A DNA stretch of 13,548 bases from an uncultured Lachnoclostridium sp. (GTDB taxonomy: Bacteria > Bacillota > Clostridia > Lachnospirales > Lachnospiraceae), in contig CAZYUZ010000033.1 in NCBI GenBank assembly GCA_964650775.1, positions 1 through 13,548 on the forward strand, given 5' to 3'. The position numbers and the translations under genes were made by a program. The notes beneath the pieces are model-generated. The model had not been told where the DNA came from and ran no database searches. It saw only the letters and a program-made list of their open reading frames with translations. Position 1 is the stretch's first letter. Each line of letters starts with the position of its first letter. Below are positions 7,314 through 13,548 of the stretch, piece after piece.

Positions 7314-8497
7314 TATCCTCGTGCCTTTCCACACTCACTACAGAATTTTCCTGTATTCTTTGCTCCACATTCTGTACAGAACCACTCTTTTTTCTGTGCT
7401 GGTTTTCCACATTCCCCACAGAATTTTCCTGTATTTACAGAACCACATTCACAAATCCAGCTGCCTGCCGGAGCCGCTTTTGCAGCTTGCGCTGCCTGTG
7501 CCTGCTGCATCTGCATCTGTGCCATATTATTTGCTGAAGCTGTGTTCATAAAACCACCTGCGGTATTCATGCCAACGCCCATCCCCATAAATGCTGCTGC
7601 AGCGCCTGCACTGTTGGAACCTGCTGCTTCCATACCTCTTGCGATAGAGCCCTGTACATAACCTTCACGGATTGCAGCATCTGAGAGCATTGCCCCCTGA
7701 TTGCGCATATTGATGAGTTTCTGGGATTCTTCATCATAGGAAATACTTGCAATACCTACAGACTGAATCTCCATACCGCGCATCTGGTTCCAGTCAGCAT
7801 CCAGAATATCTGCCATATATTTTCCGAGTTCACGTCCTTTAGACTGAATATGGGAAATACGGATACCATCCACAGACATCTGACCGATTGCAGACTGTAA
7901 TGCTTCTAAAAATTCTGATAAATACTGTTCATTCATGTCATTCATTCTGACATGAGATTTGTTGCGTGGTACAGCTTCTGCATAGAAACGCAGAGGGTCT
8001 GTAATTTTCACAGAATAGTTTCCGTGTGCGCGAAGGAATAATTCTGCATTATAGAAATTATCAAAGTAATTGATTGGATTTCTTGTACCAAATTTTAATC
8101 CTTTGATTTCCTGAAGGTTCACGAAGAATACTTTCTGTTTTTTTGGAGTTTCTCCGCCAAATTTAATACGTTCAAAAGAATCCTGCAACGCTTCTTTATA
8201 GCTTCCATTGAATAAAGATGGCATCGAAGAATCATCTACTTTGTAATAGCCTTCTTCCGCAGTATAATCTACAACTTTGCCGCCATCTACCAGCATCATA
8301 AACTGATTTGCATATACATGAATCACAGAACCATTGGATACAGTTCCGTCAGAACCCTTTACATTTTCACCTTTTCGGATTTTTACACCTTCACAAAAGA
8401 CCGTATCGTCTCCCATATCCGCTGCTTCAATGACTTCCAGCCACTGATCTGCCAAAGTTCCTTTCACGGAACCTATTGCTGCTTTAATAATTCCCAT
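7313..8497 (-). CDS. SPFH/Band-7 (stomatin-prohibitin-flotillin-like) protein with Ala/Gln/Met-rich linker and two tandem C-terminal zinc ribbons (COG4260-like); YdjI-like
   Basis: 394-aa protein from ATG 8497 (MGIIKAAIGS...), with RBS AAGGAGG 8 nt upstream. The TTG at 8533 that heads the ORF-track ORF has no RBS. SPFH-like core, then linker …AAAAFMGMGVGMNTAGGFMNTASANNMAQMQMQQAQAAQAAKAA…, then CECGSVNTGKFCGECGK and CTECGAKNTGKFCSECGK. Confidence 0.8.
   Translation of the reverse strand: MGIIKAAIGSVKGTLADQWLEVIEAADMGDDTVFCEGVKIRKGENVKGSDGTVSNGSVIHVYANQFMMLVDGGKVVDYTAEEGYYKVDDSSMPSLFNGSYKEALQDSFERIKFGGETPKKQKVFFVNLQEIKGLKFGTRNPINYFDNFYNAELFLRAHGNYSVKITDPLRFYAEAVPRNKSHVRMNDMNEQYLSEFLEALQSAIGQMSVDGIRISHIQSKGRELGKYMADILDADWNQMRGMEIQSVGIASISYDEESQKLINMRNQGAMLSDAAIREGYVQGSIARGMEAAGSNSAGAAAAFMGMGVGMNTAGGFMNTASANNMAQMQMQQAQAAQAAKAAPAGSWICECGSVNTGKFCGECGKPAQKKEWFCTECGAKNTGKFCSECGKARG
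7339..7435 (-). repeat. Intragenic 18-bp perfect direct repeat (acagaattttcctgtatt at 7339-7356 and 7418-7435) encoding the duplicated NTGKFC zinc-ribbon motif
   Basis: Read directly from the sequence. The two copies are 79 bp apart, and both translate (reverse complement) to N-T-G-K-F-C inside the C-terminal tandem zinc ribbons of the SPFH protein. Confidence 0.6.
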
Positions 8498-8575
8498 AAC
8501 TGATTCCTCCTTCTTTATATTGAATAATTTCAAGCAAATTTTTCAATGCTTGAAAATCCTGCGTATTTTCTACGC
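8498..8575 (-). promoter_or_regulatory. Palindrome-rich 78-nt intergenic region between gpsA and the SPFH gene (post-gpsA hairpin plus overlapping inverted repeats); candidate regulatory region
   Basis: The mRNA-sense hairpin GCGUA-GAAAA-UACGC lies directly after the gpsA stop. Overlapping palindromes follow: TTTTCAA-GCA-TTGAAAA (8541-8557) and CAAGCA-N10-TGCTTG (8531-8552). No confident -35/-10 pair could be placed. Confidence 0.3.
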
Positions 8576-9589
8576 TCATTTTTCCCAAGGTAATAATGGG
8601 TTTTCAGTCTTTCCATCGCGGACCATCAGATCTCTGAGTGCCTCTGTTGCAGATTTCCCGTTAAATAAAACGGCATTTACCTGCTCAATGATCGGCATAC
8701 GCACATAAAATTTATCTGCAAGCTTTAATGCTGCCTTTGCAGAATATACACCTTCCACAACCATTTTTACTTCGTCCATTGCATCCTGCATAGAATAACC
8801 TTGACCAATCAAGTATCCGGCTTTTCGGTTTCTGGAATGTTTACTTGCACAGGTTACGATCAAGTCTCCCATTCCTGCAAGTCCGCTGAATGTTTCCTGA
8901 TAACCGCCCATGGCAACACCAAGTCGGCTCATTTCTACAATTCCTCTTGTAATCAGTGCAGCCTTTGTGTTATCTCCGCATCCAAGACCATCTGAAATCC
9001 CCGCAGCCAGTGCAATCACATTCTTTAACGCACCGCCAATTTCAATCCCACGCATATCCGGACTTGTATATACACGAAATGCTTCGTTCATAAAAATGCT
9101 CTGGATCTTTTCTGCTGTTTTGCGTGTCTTTGCTCCTGCAACCACGGTTGTTGGAATGTCACGGCTTACCTCTTCCGCATGACTCGGACCGGAAAGTACT
9201 GCCACATCTGCATTTGGAATTTCATCTTCAATGACTTCTGTCATGGTATAGAGTGTACTTTCTTCAATTCCTTTGCTGACATTCACAATGATCTGTCCAT
9301 CGTGAACAAATGGTGCCATTTTTGCCGATGTGCTTCGGATATAAAGGGATGGAACACCAAGAACAACCAATTCTTTACCCTTTACCGCTGTTTCCATATC
9401 AGCCGTAATTTCAATATTTTCCGGGATTTTTACCCCCGGAAGTTTTTCTTTATTTTCACGAAGGGCGCGAAGTTCCTCCGCCTTTGCCTCTCTTGAGGAC
9501 CATAACGTCACCTGATGACCGTTTTTTTCTAATACGAGGGCGAGAGCTGTTCCCCAGCTTCCTGCTCCTACAACGCCTACATTTGCCAC
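8576..9589 (-). CDS. gpsA: NAD(P)H-dependent glycerol-3-phosphate dehydrogenase
   Basis: 337-aa ORF MANVGVVGAGSWGTALALVL… with the GxGxxG Rossmann N-terminus typical of GpsA. It uses a GTG start (9587-9589) with RBS GGAGG 7 nt upstream; there is no in-frame ATG alternative nearby. Confidence 0.9.
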   Translation of the reverse strand: MANVGVVGAGSWGTALALVLEKNGHQVTLWSSREAKAEELRALRENKEKLPGVKIPENIEITADMETAVKGKELVVLGVPSLYIRSTSAKMAPFVHDGQIIVNVSKGIEESTLYTMTEVIEDEIPNADVAVLSGPSHAEEVSRDIPTTVVAGAKTRKTAEKIQSIFMNEAFRVYTSPDMRGIEIGGALKNVIALAAGISDGLGCGDNTKAALITRGIVEMSRLGVAMGGYQETFSGLAGMGDLIVTCASKHSRNRKAGYLIGQGYSMQDAMDEVKMVVEGVYSAKAALKLADKFYVRMPIIEQVNAVLFNGKSATEALRDLMVRDGKTENPLLPWEK

Positions 9590-9600
9590 TGATATGCCTC

Positions 9601-10239
9601 CTACTTCTTTTCAAAAATTCGGTTCTCTGTACCGTTTAAGAGACGCACAATATTTGCACGGTGTCTGTAAATTGCCATACCTGCAAGAAAAGCTGCAATG
9701 ACATACATTTCAATCAATGGCGCCTGTGCCATGTGATAAAGCCCAAGCTGTCCAAAAACAATGATAAATATTGCAAATTCTGTAACAATGACCATAGATC
9801 CAAGAGATACATAACGAGTCACGATTACGATCGCTAAAAATGTCAGCAATGCAATGATTCCGATACGAACATCAAATGCCGCAAGAAGACCTGCAGTACA
9901 TGCAATTCCTTTTCCACCGCGGAAATTTAACTGAACCGGGAAATTATGCCCTAAAATACATCCGGTTGCCGCATAAATCCCAAGCAGTGGTAAAATGTCC
10001 GGTGCAGAATTTTTAAAAATCAGTCTTACCAGATGAATAGAAATAAAGCATTTTAAAAAGTCACCTGCAAAAACAATCGCACCTGCTTTCTTTCCAAGCA
10101 CACGAAGTGCATTGGTTGTTCCCGCATTGCCGCTTCCATGCTCACGAATATCGATTCCGTTCATCTTTCCGTAGATATACGCAGACTGAATAATGCCGAA
10201 TAAATAACCAATTACTAAGCTTGCAATTCTTGGAAACAT
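9601..10239 (-). CDS. plsY: Glycerol-3-phosphate acyltransferase PlsY (acyl-phosphate:G3P acyltransferase)
   Basis: 212-aa polytopic membrane ORF with the PlsY motifs …GSGNAGTTNALR… and …GHNFPV…FRGGKG…. Its ATG overlaps the der stop (TAATG at 10237-10241). Confidence 0.9.
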   Translation of the reverse strand: MFPRIASLVIGYLFGIIQSAYIYGKMNGIDIREHGSGNAGTTNALRVLGKKAGAIVFAGDFLKCFISIHLVRLIFKNSAPDILPLLGIYAATGCILGHNFPVQLNFRGGKGIACTAGLLAAFDVRIGIIALLTFLAIVIVTRYVSLGSMVIVTEFAIFIIVFGQLGLYHMAQAPLIEMYVIAAFLAGMAIYRHRANIVRLLNGTENRIFEKK

Positions 10240-11564
10240 TATTCATTCTCCTTTCTCTCACGAATGATGAATCTTAAGGAAGTTCCTTTAAATCCAAAGG
10301 TGTCACGAATCTTATTTTCCAGATATCTTGTATAAGAGAAATGCATCAGCTGCTTGTCATTTACGAAAATTACGAATGTTGGCGGTTTTACAGAAACCTG
10401 TGTTGTGTAGTAAATTTTCAGACGTTTTCCTTTGTCTGAAGGTGGCTGCTGTAATGCTACCGCTTCTGTAATAATCTCATTTAAGACACCTGTTGCAATA
10501 CGAAGTGTCTGGTTTTCAATGACCATATCGATGGTTTCAAATAATTTTGGTAATCTCTGTCCTGTCACTGCAGAAACAAATACCATTTCTGCATATGGCA
10601 TATAAGCAAGTGTTTCACGAATCTTGTTCTGGAATTCGTAAATGGTCTTATCATTTTTTTCAATGGCATCCCATTTATTCACAACAATGACAATACCTTT
10701 TCCACGATCATGTGCAATTCCTGCAATCTTCGCATCCTGTTCTGTGATACCTTCTGTCGCATCGATGACCATAAGAACCACATCTGCTCTTTCTACCGCG
10801 GAAACAGTACGGATAATACTATATCGTTCCAGTTCTTCTTTTACTTTGCTCTTTCTTCGAAGACCAGCAGTATCAATAAATACATATTCTTTTCCATTAT
10901 AAATAATGTCCGTGTCAATGGCATCACGTGTAGTGCCTGCAATATCAGATACGATAACGCGGTTTTCCCCTGTCAGCTTATTAATAATAGAAGATTTTCC
11001 CACGTTCGGTTTTCCAACGATCGCAATCTTTGGTCTTTCATCTTCTTCCTCGTCTTCAGCACTTTCTGGAAAATGTTTGATTACTTCATCCAGCATATCA
11101 CCGATTCCCTGACGGTTTGCAGCAGAAATCGGCATTGGATCGCCAATTCCCAAATTATAAAATTCATAGACATCTGCAATGAATTTCTGATAGCTGTCCA
11201 CCTTATTGACACAGAGGACAACTGGTTTTTTAGAACGACGGAGCATGTCCGCTACCTTTCCATCAGAATCTACCAGCCCTTGTTTTACGTCAGTCATAAA
11301 GATAATCACGTCTGCGGTATCAATGGCAATCTGTGCCTGTTCTCTCATCTGGGATAAAATGATATCTCCGGAATCCGGTTCGATACCACCGGTATCAATC
11401 AATGTAAAGTTGTGGTTTAACCATGTCACATCCGCATAAATACGGTCACGTGTAACACCTGGTGTGTCTTTAACAATGGAGATATTCTCTCCTGCTAATG
11501 CATTAAACAGGGTAGATTTCCCTACATTTGGTCTTCCTACCACCGCAACAATTGGTTTACTCAT
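10239..11564 (-). CDS. der: Ribosome-biogenesis GTPase Der (EngA), tandem GTPase domains plus KH-like C-terminus
   Basis: 441-aa ORF with two G1 motifs GRPNVGKS and GKPNVGKS, and DTGG / DTAG G3 motifs. RBS GAGGT is 6-7 nt before the ATG. Confidence 0.9.
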   Translation of the reverse strand: MSKPIVAVVGRPNVGKSTLFNALAGENISIVKDTPGVTRDRIYADVTWLNHNFTLIDTGGIEPDSGDIILSQMREQAQIAIDTADVIIFMTDVKQGLVDSDGKVADMLRRSKKPVVLCVNKVDSYQKFIADVYEFYNLGIGDPMPISAANRQGIGDMLDEVIKHFPESAEDEEEDERPKIAIVGKPNVGKSSIINKLTGENRVIVSDIAGTTRDAIDTDIIYNGKEYVFIDTAGLRRKSKVKEELERYSIIRTVSAVERADVVLMVIDATEGITEQDAKIAGIAHDRGKGIVIVVNKWDAIEKNDKTIYEFQNKIRETLAYMPYAEMVFVSAVTGQRLPKLFETIDMVIENQTLRIATGVLNEIITEAVALQQPPSDKGKRLKIYYTTQVSVKPPTFVIFVNDKQLMHFSYTRYLENKIRDTFGFKGTSLRFIIRERKENE

Positions 11565-11583
11565 TTTTTTACCTCACTTCTTT

Positions 11584-12894
11584 TTATCTTGTCACATGGT
11601 TCAGTAAAACTGCCCCATCGGAATCAACAATTTCAATTGGAATCTGTAAATATTCTGAAAGTTCAGAAACCGTAACATCATCCAAAAATACATTTTCGCC
11701 GCTTCTAAGCATATGACATGGAAGCAATAATTTTTCTCCCAAATCTGCTCCTTTTAGCTGCTTTTTCAAATCCTGCCCGGTAATCAGTCCGGCTACGGTA
11801 ATTTTTTCTCCAAAAAACTCATTGGTAATATCATATACAAGAACTTCCGTATTCGTATATTTCAGGGTTAATTCTTCCATGAGTTTCCCTATAAATGGTG
11901 CTGCCAGTTTTCCTGTAGCAATGGAAACTTTTCTAGGAACATCATCTCCCTTTTTCTCAGCCAGCGCATCGTGAAACTCTGTTTCTAAAAGTCTTAGCAT
12001 TCCAACGCCGTTTTCTAACTGCAGATAACCATCGTAAGATTCTTCCTCTGGAATTTCCTCTTCTGCAAGCAGATACCACTCATCACTTGCATGAACAAAG
12101 TGAAGGCCAAACTCTTCATAGGCTTTTTTCTGCCATGCTTCAATTTGAGCAATTACGCATTTTGCATCCTCTTTGGAAAATGGCTCCAGTGGCTCTAATC
12201 CTTCACGGAATTTGCTAAGCCCTACCGGTACAATGGAAACACTCTGCAAACTCGGCAAGTATCTATATAAATCGCTCATGGAACGCTCTAATTCGTCCCC
12301 ATCATTCCAGTTCTTACAAAGAACAATCTGACCATTGATGGCAATTCCTGCTTCTACCAGCCTGTCCACAATTTTTAAGGAATCTCCCGCAAAACGATTA
12401 TGAAGCATTCGGCACCTCAGCTCCGGGTTGGTAGTCTGGAAAGAAATGTTGATTGGAGACAATTTATATTTGATAATCTTCTCCACATCTTTTTCTTTCA
12501 AGTTAGTCAATGTCACATAATTTCCCTGCAGGAAAGAAAGTCTTGTATCATCATCTTTGAAATACAAAGTTTCTCTCATCCCTGGAGGCATCTGGTCGAT
12601 GAAACAGAAAATACATTTATTGGTGCAATTTCTGTAGTCGTCCATCATCCCATTTTCAAAAGAAACACCCAGATCTTCCTCAAACTCTTTTTCAATTTCC
12701 AGCTCCCACTCTTCCCCGTCTGCTTTACGGATCAGAAGCTCTACATATTCCTCATTCATTAAATAATGATAATCAAATACGTCTTCTATTTTATTCCCAT
12801 TGATTTCCAGTAAAATGTCGCCGGCTTCTAATTCCAGCTCATCAGCAATGCTGCCCGGCTCCACACTTGCAATCACATGTAAATGTTCTTTCAT
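11584..12894 (-). CDS. PDZ-domain / radical-SAM-like / DUF512 protein (TIGR03279-like), function unknown
   Basis: The N-terminal PDZ-like segment (…IASVEPGSIADELELEAGDILLEINGNKI…) is followed by CTNKCIFC, a CxxxCxxC radical-SAM-type Fe-S motif, and a long C-terminal conserved region. The start was chosen at ATG 12894 (MKEHLHV…) with RBS AGGTGA about 10 nt upstream. The ORF-track start at 12948 is a GTG with no RBS. Confidence 0.75.
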   Translation of the reverse strand: MKEHLHVIASVEPGSIADELELEAGDILLEINGNKIEDVFDYHYLMNEEYVELLIRKADGEEWELEIEKEFEEDLGVSFENGMMDDYRNCTNKCIFCFIDQMPPGMRETLYFKDDDTRLSFLQGNYVTLTNLKEKDVEKIIKYKLSPINISFQTTNPELRCRMLHNRFAGDSLKIVDRLVEAGIAINGQIVLCKNWNDGDELERSMSDLYRYLPSLQSVSIVPVGLSKFREGLEPLEPFSKEDAKCVIAQIEAWQKKAYEEFGLHFVHASDEWYLLAEEEIPEEESYDGYLQLENGVGMLRLLETEFHDALAEKKGDDVPRKVSIATGKLAAPFIGKLMEELTLKYTNTEVLVYDITNEFFGEKITVAGLITGQDLKKQLKGADLGEKLLLPCHMLRSGENVFLDDVTVSELSEYLQIPIEIVDSDGAVLLNHVTR

Positions 12895-12967
12895 ATTTAT
12901 CTTTATCACCTTTTTCCAAATATGAAGGGAAACTAAAACTCTCCCCACTATAAAATCATACTACTTT

Positions 12968-12996
12968 ACTATAATATATTTATTCACAAAAAGCAA
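12968..12996 (-). promoter_or_regulatory. Candidate sigma-A promoter for the minus-strand gene array: -35 TTGCTT, 17-nt spacer, -10 TATAGT (minus-sense)
   Basis: The reverse complement of 12991-12996 is TTGCTT and of 12968-12973 is TATAGT, with a 17-nt spacer. It lies in the AT-rich divergent intergenic region about 70 nt upstream of the DUF512 start. Confidence 0.35.
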
Positions 12997-13004
12997 CTTC
13001 TGTC

Positions 13005-13033
13005 TTGACTGCCACATAACCTAGTGATAGAAT
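13005..13033 (+). promoter_or_regulatory. Sigma-A promoter with extended -10 for the plus-strand PRPP-synthetase-like gene: -35 TTGACT, 17 nt, TGaTAGAAT
   Basis: TTGACT at 13005-13010, exact 17-nt spacer, TG at 13025-13026 and TAGAAT at 13028-13033. A strong RBS GGAGGA (13091-13096) sits 5 nt before ATG 13102. Confidence 0.55.
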
Positions 13034-13101
13034 TTATTAGGTAAAACTCTGTCGAAAAATGGATTTATTATTATTACTTATGAGAACTTTAGGAGGACGT
13101 T

Positions 13102-13548
13102 ATGTCAGTAAACGACCAGTTTAACAACACAATTCCGGTAGGTTCATTAAAACTTGCCGTATTAGACAGCGCCAAGGAATTAGGTGATAAAGTCGACCAA
13201 CACATTAAAAATTTCCGTATTGAAAGAGACCATGAACATAAATCCAACATTCATTTTGCTGGTTATGAAGAAGATACTTACCAGATTGAATGTTCCTGTC
13301 CACGTTTTGGTTCAGGGGAAGCAAAAGGTCAGTTAAAAGAGTCCGTACGTGGTGCAGATCTCTTTGTCCTTGTAGATGTTTGCAACTACAGTTTAACCTA
13401 TAAGCTCTGCGGACATGAAAACCATATGTCTCCAGACGATCACTATCAGGATTTAAAACGTATCATTTCCGCTGCTACAGGCAAGGCAAAACGAATCAAC
13501 GTAATTATGCCGTTCCTTTATGAAAGCCGTCAGCACAAACGTACTAAG
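13102..13548 (+). CDS. Ribose-phosphate pyrophosphokinase (PRPP synthetase) family protein, atypical long form, N-terminal 149 codons; runs off the right edge
   Basis: Translation MSVNDQFNNTIPVGSLKLAVLDSAKELGDKV…FGSGEAKGQLKESVRGADLFVLVD…RINVIMPFLYESRQHKRTK matches the Prs N-domain pattern (…RFSDGE…VRG.DVFIIQS…IPYFGYARQDRK). An insertion of about 40 aa lies between these two motifs. Confidence 0.6.
   Translation, partial: MSVNDQFNNTIPVGSLKLAVLDSAKELGDKVDQHIKNFRIERDHEHKSNIHFAGYEEDTYQIECSCPRFGSGEAKGQLKESVRGADLFVLVDVCNYSLTYKLCGHENHMSPDDHYQDLKRIISAATGKAKRINVIMPFLYESRQHKRTK

Noticed and set aside
7313-7334. Longer Zn-ribbon protein start MWKGTRIMSAI at 7334
   Set aside because: It would overlap the upstream SPFH gene by 22 nt. 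The ATG at 7311-7313 forms a classic TAATG stop/start overlap instead.
7339-7435. Direct repeats as CRISPR or mobile-element signatures
   Set aside because: Only two copies, both in frame inside a CDS and encoding a duplicated protein motif. No CRISPR-like array, transposase, integrase, IS terminal repeat or tRNA target site is present anywhere in the window.
8497-8533. Longer SPFH start at 8533 (MKLFNIKKEESV… in the ORF track)
   Set aside because: Codon 8531-8533 is TTG, not ATG, and has no Shine-Dalgarno. The in-frame ATG at 8497 has a textbook AAGGAGG-N8 RBS.
8498-8575. Sigma-W-type promoter (TGAAAC-N16-CGTA) as found upstream of B. subtilis pspA-ydjGHI
   Set aside because: TGAAAA is present but no CGTA -10 lies at the right spacing. 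The organism appears clostridial, where sigW is not expected.
10710-11357. 215-aa plus-strand ORF and several other plus-strand ORFs of 60-120 aa (1554-1775, 1881-2135, 2394-2603, 3220-3540, 5109-5300, 5326-5562, 5718-5927, 6740-6964, 7246-7551, 8318-8503, 8801-9496, 10642-11439, 12400-12762)
   Set aside because: All lie antisense inside well-supported minus-strand genes (der, gpsA, permease and others). They have low-complexity or Cys/Phe/Ser-rich compositions typical of shadow frames, no RBS, and no recognisable motifs.
12894-12948. Longer DUF512 start at 12948 (MGRVLVSLHIWKKVIKIN…)
   Set aside because: Codon is GTG with no RBS and a hydrophobic, non-conserved-looking extension. ATG 12894 has an AGGTGA RBS.

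Overview
Chromosomal segment from a low-to-moderate GC Firmicute, probably a Clostridia-class (Lachnospiraceae-like) gut anaerobe. Eleven co-oriented minus-strand genes read from high to low coordinates. In transcription order: a radical-SAM/PDZ/DUF512 protein, then der-plsY-gpsA (GTPase and phospholipid-precursor genes), then a tightly coupled SPFH/zinc-ribbon/TPM membrane module, then a three-gene ABC transporter (PF04392-type binding lipoprotein, permease, ATPase). After that come a stand-alone homocysteine S-methyltransferase and ilvN-ilvC, with ilvC truncated at the window edge. A divergent plus-strand gene at the right end encodes an atypical PRPP-synthetase-like protein, also truncated. 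No rRNA, tRNA, CRISPR array or mobile element was seen. The most interesting part is 5413-8497. These three genes (SPFH/flotillin-like protein with C-terminal tandem Zn-ribbons, double-Zn-ribbon TM-anchored protein, TPM-domain protein with Gly/Ser/Arg tail) match B. subtilis ydjG-ydjH-ydjI (PspA-associated). Here they are circularly permuted in order, joined by TAATG and ATGATGA overlaps, and have no adjacent pspA. They sit where sporulating Clostridia usually carry spoIVA downstream of gpsA. Regulatory features seen directly in the sequence are two consensus-like sigma-A promoters, a perfect 14-bp 5'-UTR hairpin, an intercistronic terminator-like hairpin in the ABC operon, and several perfect inverted repeats.
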